Assembly (NCBI GenBank): GCA_050178795.1
Contig: JBFXFT010000005.1
Coordinates: 2,612-66,611, forward strand
Direction of reading: 5' to 3'
Origin: Spirochaetales bacterium
Lineage (GTDB): Bacteria > Bacillota > Clostridia > Christensenellales > UBA1242
Length of the DNA: 64,000 nucleotides
Shown here: piece by piece, positions 1 through 8,275 of the stretch
How the letters are laid out: each line of letters starts with the position of its first letter
How positions within the stretch are numbered: position 1 is the stretch's first letter
Notes under the pieces: model-generated
Database searches by the model: none
The model's input: only the letters and a program-made list of their open reading frames with translations
What the model was told of the DNA's origin: nothing
Made by a program: the position numbers and the translations under genes

Positions 1-686
1 ATTTTTGTAACATAACATAACTCTATGTGTCCTTTTACTAAAACTTCTGCTTGCTCATCTGTTGGAAATTTTTTAAATATTTGAGAAGAGTTTTCATTCC
101 TAATAAATAAATTTTCAATAAAACTAATAGGCATTATCTCTCTACCAGCATTTCTAGCAGCATTTGAAGGGCTACAATAAGAATTTTTACCTCGCAATAA
201 ATTAATATCAAGTTCAATTATAATAAATTGTGTTTTATAATTAATTTCATAAGTATATCTTAATCTATTATTAGGATACTCAATACTACAACAGATGCAA
301 TCAGTTTTGTTTTCTAATCTATCACTATCGTTACTGTTATAAATTACTTGTAGATTATTTAATTTATCCTTACTTAATAATCCATTTTCTAATATTGATG
401 TTAAATTTTCAATATCTGTAAAATGATATAAAAACTCCAATTCTCTTTCTTTTATACAATGCTCTAGTTTTTCACAATACAATTCTTTAAGTTTATATGT
501 ATTTTTATAACCATTTATATCATAACTTTGTTTTTCACCTATATTTAATCCAATTAAAGATTGTGCAAAAGGCTTCTCATAACCAATTAGATCACCTTGT
601 GATTTATTTTCATGAATTAAATATTCATCTTCTTCTCCATCTTCCCATTCAACTTTAACTTTATAGTTTATTAAACAATTATCCAT
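1..686 (-). CDS. DarT-like (DUF4433-type) ADP-ribosyltransferase domain protein with N-terminal GreA/GreB-C-terminal-like domain; C-terminus runs off the window
   Basis: Not in ORF track (open at window edge). Hand translation from ATG at 686-684 gives MDNCLINYKVKVEWEDGEEDEYLIHENKSQGDLIGYEKPFAQSLIGLNIGEKQSYDINGYKNTYKLKEL, then EFLYHFTDIENLTSILENGLLSKDKL, CCSIEYPNNRL, CSPSNAARNAG and TDEQAEVLVKGHIE, with no stop down to nt 1. YHFT..N..SIL..GLL and QAEVLV are the DUF4433/DarT hallmarks as I recall them. GGGTGA RBS upstream. Confidence 0.5.
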   Translation of the reverse strand, partial: MDNCLINYKVKVEWEDGEEDEYLIHENKSQGDLIGYEKPFAQSLIGLNIGEKQSYDINGYKNTYKLKELYCEKLEHCIKERELEFLYHFTDIENLTSILENGLLSKDKLNNLQVIYNSNDSDRLENKTDCICCSIEYPNNRLRYTYEINYKTQFIIIELDINLLRGKNSYCSPSNAARNAGREIMPISFIENLFIRNENSSQIFKKFPTDEQAEVLVKGHIELCYVTK

Positions 687-767
687 AGTTCACCCAATTA
701 AAAAATCATTACTTAATAATACCATAAAAATATATTATTAAAAACAAAATATATAATAAAGAACTCA

Positions 768-2048
768 CTACATCTCAAAATTATCTTTTTGTTTTAGGTT
801 TTTCTTTTTTTCTTCTAAGAGTTTTTCTAGCTTTTGTATTTCATCCAGTTCATTTGCTTTAGTTTCATTAAAGTTTAAGGTTTTTTCAATTGTTTTTGCT
901 GATTCTATTTTAGAAGAGTAATCTAAATGGGAATAAATATCTGCTGTTGTAGAGTAATTAGAATGCCCTAACCATTCTTGAATTTGTTTCATTTGTATTC
1001 CGTTAGCAAGTAGTAAACTGGCACAACTATGTCTTAAATCATGAAGCCTAATATATTTTAAATTATGTCTTTTTAATATCTTTTGCAAATTTTCTGTTAG
1101 AGTATCTGGCAGTATTAAATCACCAATTTCATTTACCATAATGTAATCATTGTATTTATTATTATAAGAGTTCCCGTACCAATTTTTATTTTTTTCAATC
1201 TCTTGTTGTTTTTCAAGTAACATCTTTTCAATTTCTGCTATTAATGGTAAGGTTCTATAACTTGCACTTGTCTTTAGTCTATCACTTGCTAGCACTTCAC
1301 CATTTAAAACTATCACTTTATGTTTTACTTTAATTGTTTTGTTTATAAAGTCAATACTATCCCATTTTAAGCCTATAATTTCACTTCTTCTAAATCCATA
1401 ATAAGCTGCAATCTTAAAAGGTAGTTCGTAACTATTGCTTTCTAGGTATTGAAAAAGTTTTTTCATATCTTCTTCTGTATAAAAATGATGTTCTGGTTTT
1501 TCTTTTTTTATTTGAGGTACAAAATCAGCATAATTCTTATCAATTAAACCTAATCTATAGGCTTCTTTTATGGCTGGGTGGATTACCACTGCATAATGTT
1601 TTATTGTAATATTTTTTACTTTTGTTTCTTTACTTAAATAATCATAATATTTAACAATTGACTCAGTATTGATATCTTTTAATTTTGTGTTTTTAAAATA
1701 TAGTTTTATTCTTTTAACTATATAACTATAGCTATTAAAAACATAAGGTGTTAGCTCTTCCTTTTTGCTTTGAACATATTTATTAAGCCAATCGACAAAT
1801 ACTATGTCTTTAGGATTATTCTCGGTTTCAGGCTTTTTGGTGGGCTTATTTACCTTAATTGTTTTTTCTTCCTTTAAGGGATTAAACTTTTTAATATAAC
1901 CCTCTAGCATTTTTTGTGCTTGTCTTTTATTACCTCTTTCTTTAAGACCCGTGTTAAACCATTTTTGTTTATCGTTTCCATATTCATCTTTATAGTAAAC
2001 AATTCCATACCATTTACCACCCCTTACATATAAACTGCTTTTTAACAT
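768..2048 (-). CDS. int: Tyrosine recombinase / phage-type integrase
   Basis: 426-aa ORF; catalytic-domain motifs GFRRSE (Arg), HDLRHSCASLLL (His-x-x-Arg), GHSNYSTTADIYSH (His ... Tyr); N-terminal arm/core-binding region. Confidence 0.9.
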   Translation of the reverse strand: MLKSSLYVRGGKWYGIVYYKDEYGNDKQKWFNTGLKERGNKRQAQKMLEGYIKKFNPLKEEKTIKVNKPTKKPETENNPKDIVFVDWLNKYVQSKKEELTPYVFNSYSYIVKRIKLYFKNTKLKDINTESIVKYYDYLSKETKVKNITIKHYAVVIHPAIKEAYRLGLIDKNYADFVPQIKKEKPEHHFYTEEDMKKLFQYLESNSYELPFKIAAYYGFRRSEIIGLKWDSIDFINKTIKVKHKVIVLNGEVLASDRLKTSASYRTLPLIAEIEKMLLEKQQEIEKNKNWYGNSYNNKYNDYIMVNEIGDLILPDTLTENLQKILKRHNLKYIRLHDLRHSCASLLLANGIQMKQIQEWLGHSNYSTTADIYSHLDYSSKIESAKTIEKTLNFNETKANELDEIQKLEKLLEEKKKNLKQKDNFEM

Positions 2049-2243
2049 TTACTCTTCTCCTAATTCATTAAAAAATTTAATAATGCTTTGTTTTTGAATT
2101 TTATATTTATTGTTTAATTTTTTCGATTTTATCGTTTTCTCCTTTATTAATTGATAAGCAAGCGTCCTACCTATTCCCAACATTTTTTGCATTTCTTTTA
2201 CATTCACAATATCTGGGTATTCATTAAATAAATTTTTATCCAT
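2049..2243 (-). CDS. Excisionase-family / MerR-type HTH DNA-binding protein (putative recombination directionality factor)
   Basis: 64-aa ORF; HTH-like VKEMQKMLGIGRTLAYQLIKEK; its TAA stop (2049-2051) directly abuts the int ATG (2046-2048), so translationally coupled. Confidence 0.6.
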   Translation of the reverse strand: MDKNLFNEYPDIVNVKEMQKMLGIGRTLAYQLIKEKTIKSKKLNNKYKIQKQSIIKFFNELGEE

Positions 2244-2251
2244 TTAGCCTC

Positions 2252-2896
2252 CTACATTTCAAAATCATCTTTTTGATTTTCCTTTTCTATTTTTCTTTCT
2301 TGAATAATGTATAAACCTTTTCTAACTAAAATATCTAAGGCGATTATAATTCTACTTGTTCTAGTTAAATTTATTTTTCTATATAAATTCTCTTTTCTAA
2401 GCAGTAAATCATATCTGCACCAACAAGCAATTTTATCTATATTCTCTTCCTTTTGATATAACAAGTTTTCAACAGCAAATCTTAAATCACTAAAATCGTT
2501 AAAACTCAATTCATTAGAATTTATTAATGTTTTTAAATTTCTAGCAACTGAATTTGTATTAACCCGTTCACCATATAAATTAGTAAAAACATAATTTGAA
2601 GTTGCATTTTCTTTTACTTCTAATAATTGACTCCTTAAATACGGAATTAAAGGATAAACCCTTTTATTTTCATCTTCTTTTATATACTGCCAATTATATT
2701 TGTTTATACTCTCTCGCTCTTTAAATTTAGCCGTGTAAATACCAATCGTATTATTTTCAAAATCAACATCTTTCCACTCAATGTTAGCAACCTCATACTT
2801 TTTTAGTCCATATGCAATTGCCATTTTATAAAGCAGTTCATACTTATGTCCTGACATACTCCTTATTAGCTTTTTAAACTCTTCTAATTTTTCCAT
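2252..2896 (-). CDS. Integrase-catalytic-domain paralogue with degenerate active site (start moved from 2935 to ATG 2896 behind AAGGAGA)
   Basis: Aligns with the int C-terminal half: YELLYKMAIAYGLKKYEVANIEWKDVDFENNTI vs YELPFKIAAYYGFRRSEIIGLKWDSIDFINKTI. Arg is replaced by Lys (GLKKYE), HDLRH is replaced by SDLRF, and the GHS..Y box is not conserved. It shares the tail QKDDFEM with int (QKDNFEM). The 2935 start would lie inside a terminator hairpin. Confidence 0.55.
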   Translation of the reverse strand: MEKLEEFKKLIRSMSGHKYELLYKMAIAYGLKKYEVANIEWKDVDFENNTIGIYTAKFKERESINKYNWQYIKEDENKRVYPLIPYLRSQLLEVKENATSNYVFTNLYGERVNTNSVARNLKTLINSNELSFNDFSDLRFAVENLLYQKEENIDKIACWCRYDLLLRKENLYRKINLTRTSRIIIALDILVRKGLYIIQERKIEKENQKDDFEM

Positions 2897-2926
2897 TTTA
2901 TTCTCCTTAACCTTATTTTTTGCATC

Positions 2927-2961
2927 AAAAAACACCTCATTATTTTCAAGGTGTTTTTTTT
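2927..2961. terminator. Rho-independent terminator hairpin (A-run / AACACCT-loop-AGGTGTT / T-run), usable on both strands
   Basis: aaaa AACACCT cattattttca AGGTGTT tttttt read directly from the sequence. Confidence 0.6.
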
Positions 2962-2970
2962 ATTTAATTG

Positions 2971-3240
2971 TTATTTGTTTAATTTAGACTCTAACCATTT
3001 TTTTGCATCTTCTGTAGAAACTAGGCTTGTTGTTTGATCTGTTGCTACATATTTATTTAATTTGTTCTTTTCTAACACTACTGCTGAAAAATCATTATCA
3101 ATTTTGTCTCGAATAATTGTACCATAAATGCTATAATCATCATTCGCAAACCATGCAATTTCATCATGGTAAATTATTGAATTAGCATGTCTTGCATAAC
3201 CAACTCGTTCTTCAAAAGTATTCGGTGATATTTTTTTCAT
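2971..3240 (-). CDS. Hypothetical protein (89 aa)
   Basis: ORF with AGGAGG-type RBS (aggaggagtat upstream of ATG 3240); no recognisable motif. Confidence 0.45.
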   Translation of the reverse strand: MKKISPNTFEERVGYARHANSIIYHDEIAWFANDDYSIYGTIIRDKIDNDFSAVVLEKNKLNKYVATDQTTSLVSTEDAKKWLESKLNK

Positions 3241-3535
3241 ATACTCCTCCTTTCTTATTTAGCATTAAAAACTTAAAATACAGCTTACAAAAAGCAAAAT
3301 GGGCATCACATTTGTGCTAAAACAAAGTGCATTTTTTATTATTTAAAATTGTTGTAAGGTGCCGCACCCCTCAAAACCTTATAAACAAAGGCTTATAGCA
3401 ATTTAAACATAGTAAAAAGGTGCCACTTTCTTATCCTGCTTGATAAAATACACTAGAAAATAGTATAATTTAAACTATTTTTTTATCATCTCAATATGGT
3501 AATTTAAGAGTCTATTTTGTTTAATTATAAAAATA

Positions 3536-6100
3536 TTAGCCAATTTGGTGACTATAATAAATTGAGCCTGAGTTTGACCCATTGTCATCATCACCATAAG
3601 CCCCCATTATAATATTAGAGCCTTCTATAGATACAGCATACCCAAAATAATCACCGTTATTTCCATCGCTGGCTATTATCTTTCTCTCATATGTCTCGTC
3701 ATCAATTTTATATACATAGGCTGAACCAAATGGATAATTGCTACCTTCTCTTTCAAGTGAACCTATTACAATATTATTACCACTTATTGCTACACTGTTT
3801 CCAAAATAATCTTCAGAATCTCCACCACTAGCTGTTATTTTCCTTTCATAAAATTTGTCATTTAACTTATATATATATGCCGAACCTGAATTTGATCCAT
3901 TGTCATCATCGCCATAAGCTCCTATTACTATATAATTTCCATCTACAGCTACAGTATATCCAAAACAATCTCCTGAATTTCTATCACTAGAAGTTATATA
4001 TCTTTCCCAGCCCTCAACTTCTAAGCTATAAACATAGGCTGCTCCTGTCAAATAACTATTATTGTAAATCTTTCCATAAGCCCCCACCACTACATAGTTT
4101 TCATTAACTGCCACACTATATCCAAAACGATCTTGACTATGCCCATCACTTGCAAAAATTATTCGCTCATATGTTTCATCGTCTATTTTATATACATATA
4201 CTGAACCACAATATAAACCATTGTGATACCCATCACCATAAGCCCCCACCACTACATAGTTTCCATTTATTGCCACACTATATCCAAAATATGCACTTCT
4301 ATTTCCATCGCTTGGGGTTATTTTCCTTTCATATGTTTCATCATCTATTTTATATACATATACTGATGAACTTCCATAAGATCCTATCACCACATAATTA
4401 CCATTAATTGCTACGCTATATCCAAAATAATCACCACTAGCACCATCACTAGAAATTATCTTTCGCTCATATGTTTCATCATCACTATCGTATATATATG
4501 TTGAACCTGAAAGTGAACCATTATCATCATCCTTGTAAGCACCCGCTACGATATAATTATTATCAATTGCTATAGTATATCCCAAATAGTCATACATGGC
4601 TCCATCGGTGGCGATTATTTTTCTTTCAACATAATATTCAATACTATCATTTATATCATCACGATACACTTCAAAACTTATACTATTAGATATATTCCCA
4701 TAAAGATCTTTTGCCCTTATGATATAAATACCAGCTGATAAATTATCAATATTAAAAGTAAAAACTGCTTCAATATCAATAAACTGTCCGCCATTAATTG
4801 AGTACGAGTCAATTAGTTCATTACTTATTATTGTAAGGCTTTCAGCTACAGAGTCTTCTTCATTAATTTCTAACTCTGGGGCAGTCAAATCCACTATAAA
4901 CTCATCTTCTGTAAAATTACCCGCCTCATCTGTAATAATTAATACATAGTTTCCATCATTAGTTATTTTGTTATTATAACTAATTTCAACGTCATCTTTA
5001 AATAATTTAAGCGTATATTCATTTGCTTCAACAATGGAAATATCAGTATAATTATTTGATGTATTTCTTACTGTTGTATAGTCAATAACAGGACTAGTTT
5101 TATCAACCTCAATAACCAATCCTTCTGATATATTTCCGCACAAATCTTTGGCGACAAGCGTATATATCCCTTCCTCTAAATTATTTAAGTTTATAGATTC
5201 ATCTCCATTTAATATATTCTCATCACCCTGATTAATAAAATATCGACTTAAAGATTCATTTGAGTTAATAATAAAATTACCTGTATTATTAATATTATTT
5301 TCAATACTTAATATAGGCGATGTTTGATCCACATAGAGAGTTAAATTGTCTGAAATATTATCATAATAATCTTTAACCTTTATGTTATATTCCCCCTCTA
5401 ACAATCCTGATATGTGTATTACATTATTATCATTATTTTGTTGCCACTCACTATTATTAATCGCATAAAATTCAACATTCTCAGTACAACTTAATGTAAA
5501 ATTGCCTGAATTGTTAGCATTTTCAGATGTTGATATTATAGGATTTGTTAAGTCTACCACAAAATTTAATTCTTTAATATTTCCTATCTTATCAGTTACT
5601 ACTAATTTATAGTTTCCATCTACATACAAATCTCGTGTAAACTCTATTAACTGATTATCTTTATATAATATTTTTGTAGAGATATTTGCTTCAACTATAT
5701 TTATCCTAATATAATTTTCTATTCTTTGAGTAGTTATTTCTGGCAATAAAGTATCAATGAGCACATCTTGTGACTCTGATACATTCCCCTCACTATTTTT
5801 TACTTTTAACTTATATTCTCCATCATCTAGATAACTTAAATTAAGCATTTGTGAAGCATTCACATCTATCCAAGTAACACCATCATCTACTGAATAAGCA
5901 TAAATATTTTTATTGAATTTTACAACATATAGATCATTCGTTGAATCAAAATCACTAAGGTCAAAGGTGACCTCAAAGACACCTGTTTCAGTAACTATAT
6001 TTTTATCTCCAAAAATATCACTTATACTACAACCCGCAAAAAAAATGCTTGATATAGCCAATAACCCTATAACAATATATGCTTTTAGATTTATTTTCAT
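3536..6100 (-). CDS. Surface lipoprotein: six tandem ~73-aa Ig-like modules followed by a seven-blade FG-GAP-type beta-propeller
   Basis: Signal peptide plus lipobox (ISSIFFAGC). N-terminal half repeats the pattern G.Y.L.VKD..GN.SE...V.D.T.P about every 73 aa. C-terminal half repeats ERKI.ASDG..GDYFGYSVAI.GNYVV.GAYGDDDNGS.SGS.YVYK.DDETY, typical FG-GAP/integrin-alpha blade. Confidence 0.8.
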   Translation of the reverse strand: MKINLKAYIVIGLLAISSIFFAGCSISDIFGDKNIVTETGVFEVTFDLSDFDSTNDLYVVKFNKNIYAYSVDDGVTWIDVNASQMLNLSYLDDGEYKLKVKNSEGNVSESQDVLIDTLLPEITTQRIENYIRINIVEANISTKILYKDNQLIEFTRDLYVDGNYKLVVTDKIGNIKELNFVVDLTNPIISTSENANNSGNFTLSCTENVEFYAINNSEWQQNNDNNVIHISGLLEGEYNIKVKDYYDNISDNLTLYVDQTSPILSIENNINNTGNFIINSNESLSRYFINQGDENILNGDESINLNNLEEGIYTLVAKDLCGNISEGLVIEVDKTSPVIDYTTVRNTSNNYTDISIVEANEYTLKLFKDDVEISYNNKITNDGNYVLIITDEAGNFTEDEFIVDLTAPELEINEEDSVAESLTIISNELIDSYSINGGQFIDIEAVFTFNIDNLSAGIYIIRAKDLYGNISNSISFEVYRDDINDSIEYYVERKIIATDGAMYDYLGYTIAIDNNYIVAGAYKDDDNGSLSGSTYIYDSDDETYERKIISSDGASGDYFGYSVAINGNYVVIGSYGSSSVYVYKIDDETYERKITPSDGNRSAYFGYSVAINGNYVVVGAYGDGYHNGLYCGSVYVYKIDDETYERIIFASDGHSQDRFGYSVAVNENYVVVGAYGKIYNNSYLTGAAYVYSLEVEGWERYITSSDRNSGDCFGYTVAVDGNYIVIGAYGDDDNGSNSGSAYIYKLNDKFYERKITASGGDSEDYFGNSVAISGNNIVIGSLEREGSNYPFGSAYVYKIDDETYERKIIASDGNNGDYFGYAVSIEGSNIIMGAYGDDDNGSNSGSIYYSHQIG
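3539..4630 (-). repeat. Seven tandem coding repeats (~48-57 codons) encoding FG-GAP-like blades
   Basis: Repeat starts at aa 492, 545, 591, 645, 699, 752, 805 (ER[KIY]I..SDG); visible at DNA level as recurring ccataagc.cc / tcatatgt.tcatc strings. Confidence 0.8.
4650..5980 (-). repeat. Six tandem ~73-codon Ig-like module repeats (approximate bounds)
   Basis: Recurring GEYKLKVKNSEGNVSE / GNYKLVVTDKIGNIKE / GEYNIKVKDYYDNISD / GIYTLVAKDLCGNISE / GNYVLIITDEAGNFTE / GIYIIRAKDLYGNISN at aa 94, 162, 235, 310, 383, 457. Confidence 0.7.
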
Positions 6101-6265
6101 ATTTTAACCCCACAACAATCAATTAAAATCATTATACTATATAATCTTTTAATTTGTAAAACAATAAATTACTTATGTTATAATTATACTAGTTAAATTG
6201 GTATAATTTATATATTTAAAAGATCTTTCTCAAAATAAAATTTATTAAAAGAGGTATTAAAATCT

Positions 6266-7132
6266 ATGGAAGGAATTAAAGATAAACTAGAACGTTTTTA
6301 TTCTCCTATAAAGAATTATAAAGAAGGTGGATCAGATACTAGATATAAATCTTGGGAATGGTGCCATATGTTTTTTATAAAAAATAAAAAAACTAAAAAT
6401 CAGAAAAAGATAGATCAAATGGCTTTACAACTTGCTTTTTATTTGGCTAGTTGGGGTATGTATCGTGGTTCATCATATTTATTACAACGGGATTATAAAG
6501 CACATAAACCTGCAATTAGAGAAATATTAAATAAAAAGTATAACCTGCTATGGAATTACAATCCCACCACCGAAAATATAGAAAAAGCTAAAAAATTATT
6601 GTTTGATAAAGATGAAGGTATTTATTGGAAAGTAAAAAAATCTTATACAAACTATTATGGTGTTGAAGACGAATCATCAGACATATTAACCACTAAAATT
6701 CTTATGGGAACATTTGGATGTATTCCGGCATTTGATAGATATTTCAAAAAAGGACTATCTACTTATAAAAAGAATAATGGAAATAAAATAGATGGCTATT
6801 CATTAACGCAAAATATTGAAAATAACGATGGAGTAACTTTTACCGCTTTAGCACATTTAGCAATAAAACATAACTGTGATTTAAAACTTGATAGCAATAA
6901 TTCTTACCCACCAATGAAATGTTTGGATATGTATTTTTGGCAAATAGGTTATGAACTTGATGTTGCTAAAAATTTAATTAATGAAAACAAAAGTGATAAG
7001 CAAAAGAAAAAGCTGTTAGAAAAAGCTAAAAAATTGAAAATTTGCAATATAGAAGATAAAAAAGCAAACACAGAAATATTTAAAAAAGCAAGCGATCAAA
7101 TATTAAAATTAAATATTATTAAAAAACACTAA
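6266..7132 (+). CDS. Hypothetical protein (288 aa), island cargo
   Basis: ORF with GAGGT RBS; conserved-looking blocks WEWCHMFF, LAFYLASWGMYRGSSYLL, ILMGTFGCIPAFDRYF; I cannot assign a family. Confidence 0.6.
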   Translation: MEGIKDKLERFYSPIKNYKEGGSDTRYKSWEWCHMFFIKNKKTKNQKKIDQMALQLAFYLASWGMYRGSSYLLQRDYKAHKPAIREILNKKYNLLWNYNPTTENIEKAKKLLFDKDEGIYWKVKKSYTNYYGVEDESSDILTTKILMGTFGCIPAFDRYFKKGLSTYKKNNGNKIDGYSLTQNIENNDGVTFTALAHLAIKHNCDLKLDSNNSYPPMKCLDMYFWQIGYELDVAKNLINENKSDKQKKKLLEKAKKLKICNIEDKKANTEIFKKASDQILKLNIIKKH

Positions 7133-7162
7133 AAAGAGTGAATTAAATTTTCACTCTTTTTT
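7131..7162. terminator. Bidirectional terminator between convergent orf288 and fic
   Basis: AAAGAGTGAA ttaaatt TTCACTCTTT flanked by A-run and T-run. Confidence 0.7.
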
Positions 7163-7168
7163 AAACAT

Positions 7169-8155
7169 TTATTTTTTAAAATACCTTTGGTTTCGGCTGG
7201 TTGGCTTGTCTGGAAATGTCATTTTAATTAAATTTTGTTCTAGTGCAGGGTTTAAGTAATTATCTCTAAATGATATTCTCGATTTTAAGTTTAACAGTTC
7301 CATTAGTTCTTTTGTCGATTTTGGGTACTCGTCTATTACCTTTAAAAGTGCTTCTACTTGAGGTGAAACAAACTTTTCTGTTGGCTTTATATTTGAAGTG
7401 TTTACTGCTTTTAAAATAACATTTAGCATAAACTCTATAAATACATTTGACTTACCTTCACTATTAGACAAACTAAAAGCATTATAATAATCGGTTTGTT
7501 CTGCTTTTAAAATATTTTCTATTGGCAAGTATTTAAAAATAGGTTTATATCTACTTAAAATTGCCGATTGCCAAAACCTACCTGTTCTACCATTTCCATC
7601 TGAAAATGGGTGAATAAATTCAAACTCATAATGAAACACGCAAGACTTAATTAACAGATTATCTTTTGAAGTGATTAGATAATCAAATAATTGTTCTATT
7701 AAGCCTGCCACCATTTTAGCCGGTGGGGCTATATGAATAACTGTGTTACCATCAAATACGCCTTCTGCACCTTTTCTAAACTCTCCAGCATCTTCTTTTA
7801 TGCCTTTCATCATTTCATATTGAATACGCTTTAAATCTTTTATGCTATATGGGTCAATTTCATCAATTAAAGAATAGGCGTCAAGTGCATTTTTTACTTC
7901 TTGAATTTCTTTTTTATCTCCAATTACCGGTTTACCGTTTATTACATCTTCAACTTGCGAAACCGTTAAATGATTATCCTCTATTGCAAGTGATGAATGA
8001 ATAGAATGTATTCTATTTCTTCTAAGTAATTGAATTTGATTGTTTAAATTTGCAAAAGCTGTTATTTCACCAATTCGTTCCATAATTTGTGCAACAGTTT
8101 CTAACATTTTATTTGTTAAATCATATGGTGGAACATATTTTTCATTTTCTTCCAT
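7169..8155 (-). CDS. Fic/DOC family protein (AMPylase-type) with C-terminal winged-helix-like region
   Basis: Canonical Fic motif HPFSDGNGRTGR (HxFx[DE]GNGRxxR); N-terminal inhibitory-helix-like SSLAIEDN; AGGAG RBS. Confidence 0.9.
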   Translation of the reverse strand: MEENEKYVPPYDLTNKMLETVAQIMERIGEITAFANLNNQIQLLRRNRIHSIHSSLAIEDNHLTVSQVEDVINGKPVIGDKKEIQEVKNALDAYSLIDEIDPYSIKDLKRIQYEMMKGIKEDAGEFRKGAEGVFDGNTVIHIAPPAKMVAGLIEQLFDYLITSKDNLLIKSCVFHYEFEFIHPFSDGNGRTGRFWQSAILSRYKPIFKYLPIENILKAEQTDYYNAFSLSNSEGKSNVFIEFMLNVILKAVNTSNIKPTEKFVSPQVEALLKVIDEYPKSTKELMELLNLKSRISFRDNYLNPALEQNLIKMTFPDKPTSRNQRYFKK

Positions 8156-8176
8156 AAAGTTTACTCCTATAAAACA

Positions 8177-8205
8177 ATTATACTATCAAATTAAAAAATA
8201 AACAA
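8177..8205 (-). promoter_or_regulatory. Sigma-70-type promoter of fic (TTGTTT - 17 nt - TATAAT)
   Basis: Read on the minus strand: TTGTTT attttttaatttgatag TATAAT, about 20 nt upstream of the AGGAG RBS. Confidence 0.5.
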
Positions 8206-8208
8206 CTA

Positions 8209-8244
8209 TCTTGTATGTTTTCTTGTATGTTTTCTTGTATGGTC
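8209..8244. repeat. Three tandem 12-bp direct repeats TCTTGTATGTTT (third copy TCTTGTATGGTC) immediately upstream of the fic -35
   Basis: 8209-8220, 8221-8232, 8233-8244 read directly from the sequence. Confidence 0.9.
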
Positions 8245-8275
8245 TATATACCTATGTTTTCCATAATTTACTTAT

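Noticed and set aside
2897-2935. Longer N-terminus (start at 2935) for the degenerate integrase paralogue
   Set aside because: The extra 13 codons run through the terminator hairpin at 2927-2961 and lack an RBS. ATG 2896 is preceded by AAGGAGA.
4150-4407. 85-aa His/Pro-rich plus-strand ORF
   Set aside because: It lies antisense inside the FG-GAP repeat region of the 854-aa lipoprotein gene. Its periodic composition mirrors the sense-strand repeats, and it has no RBS. Judged an artefact.
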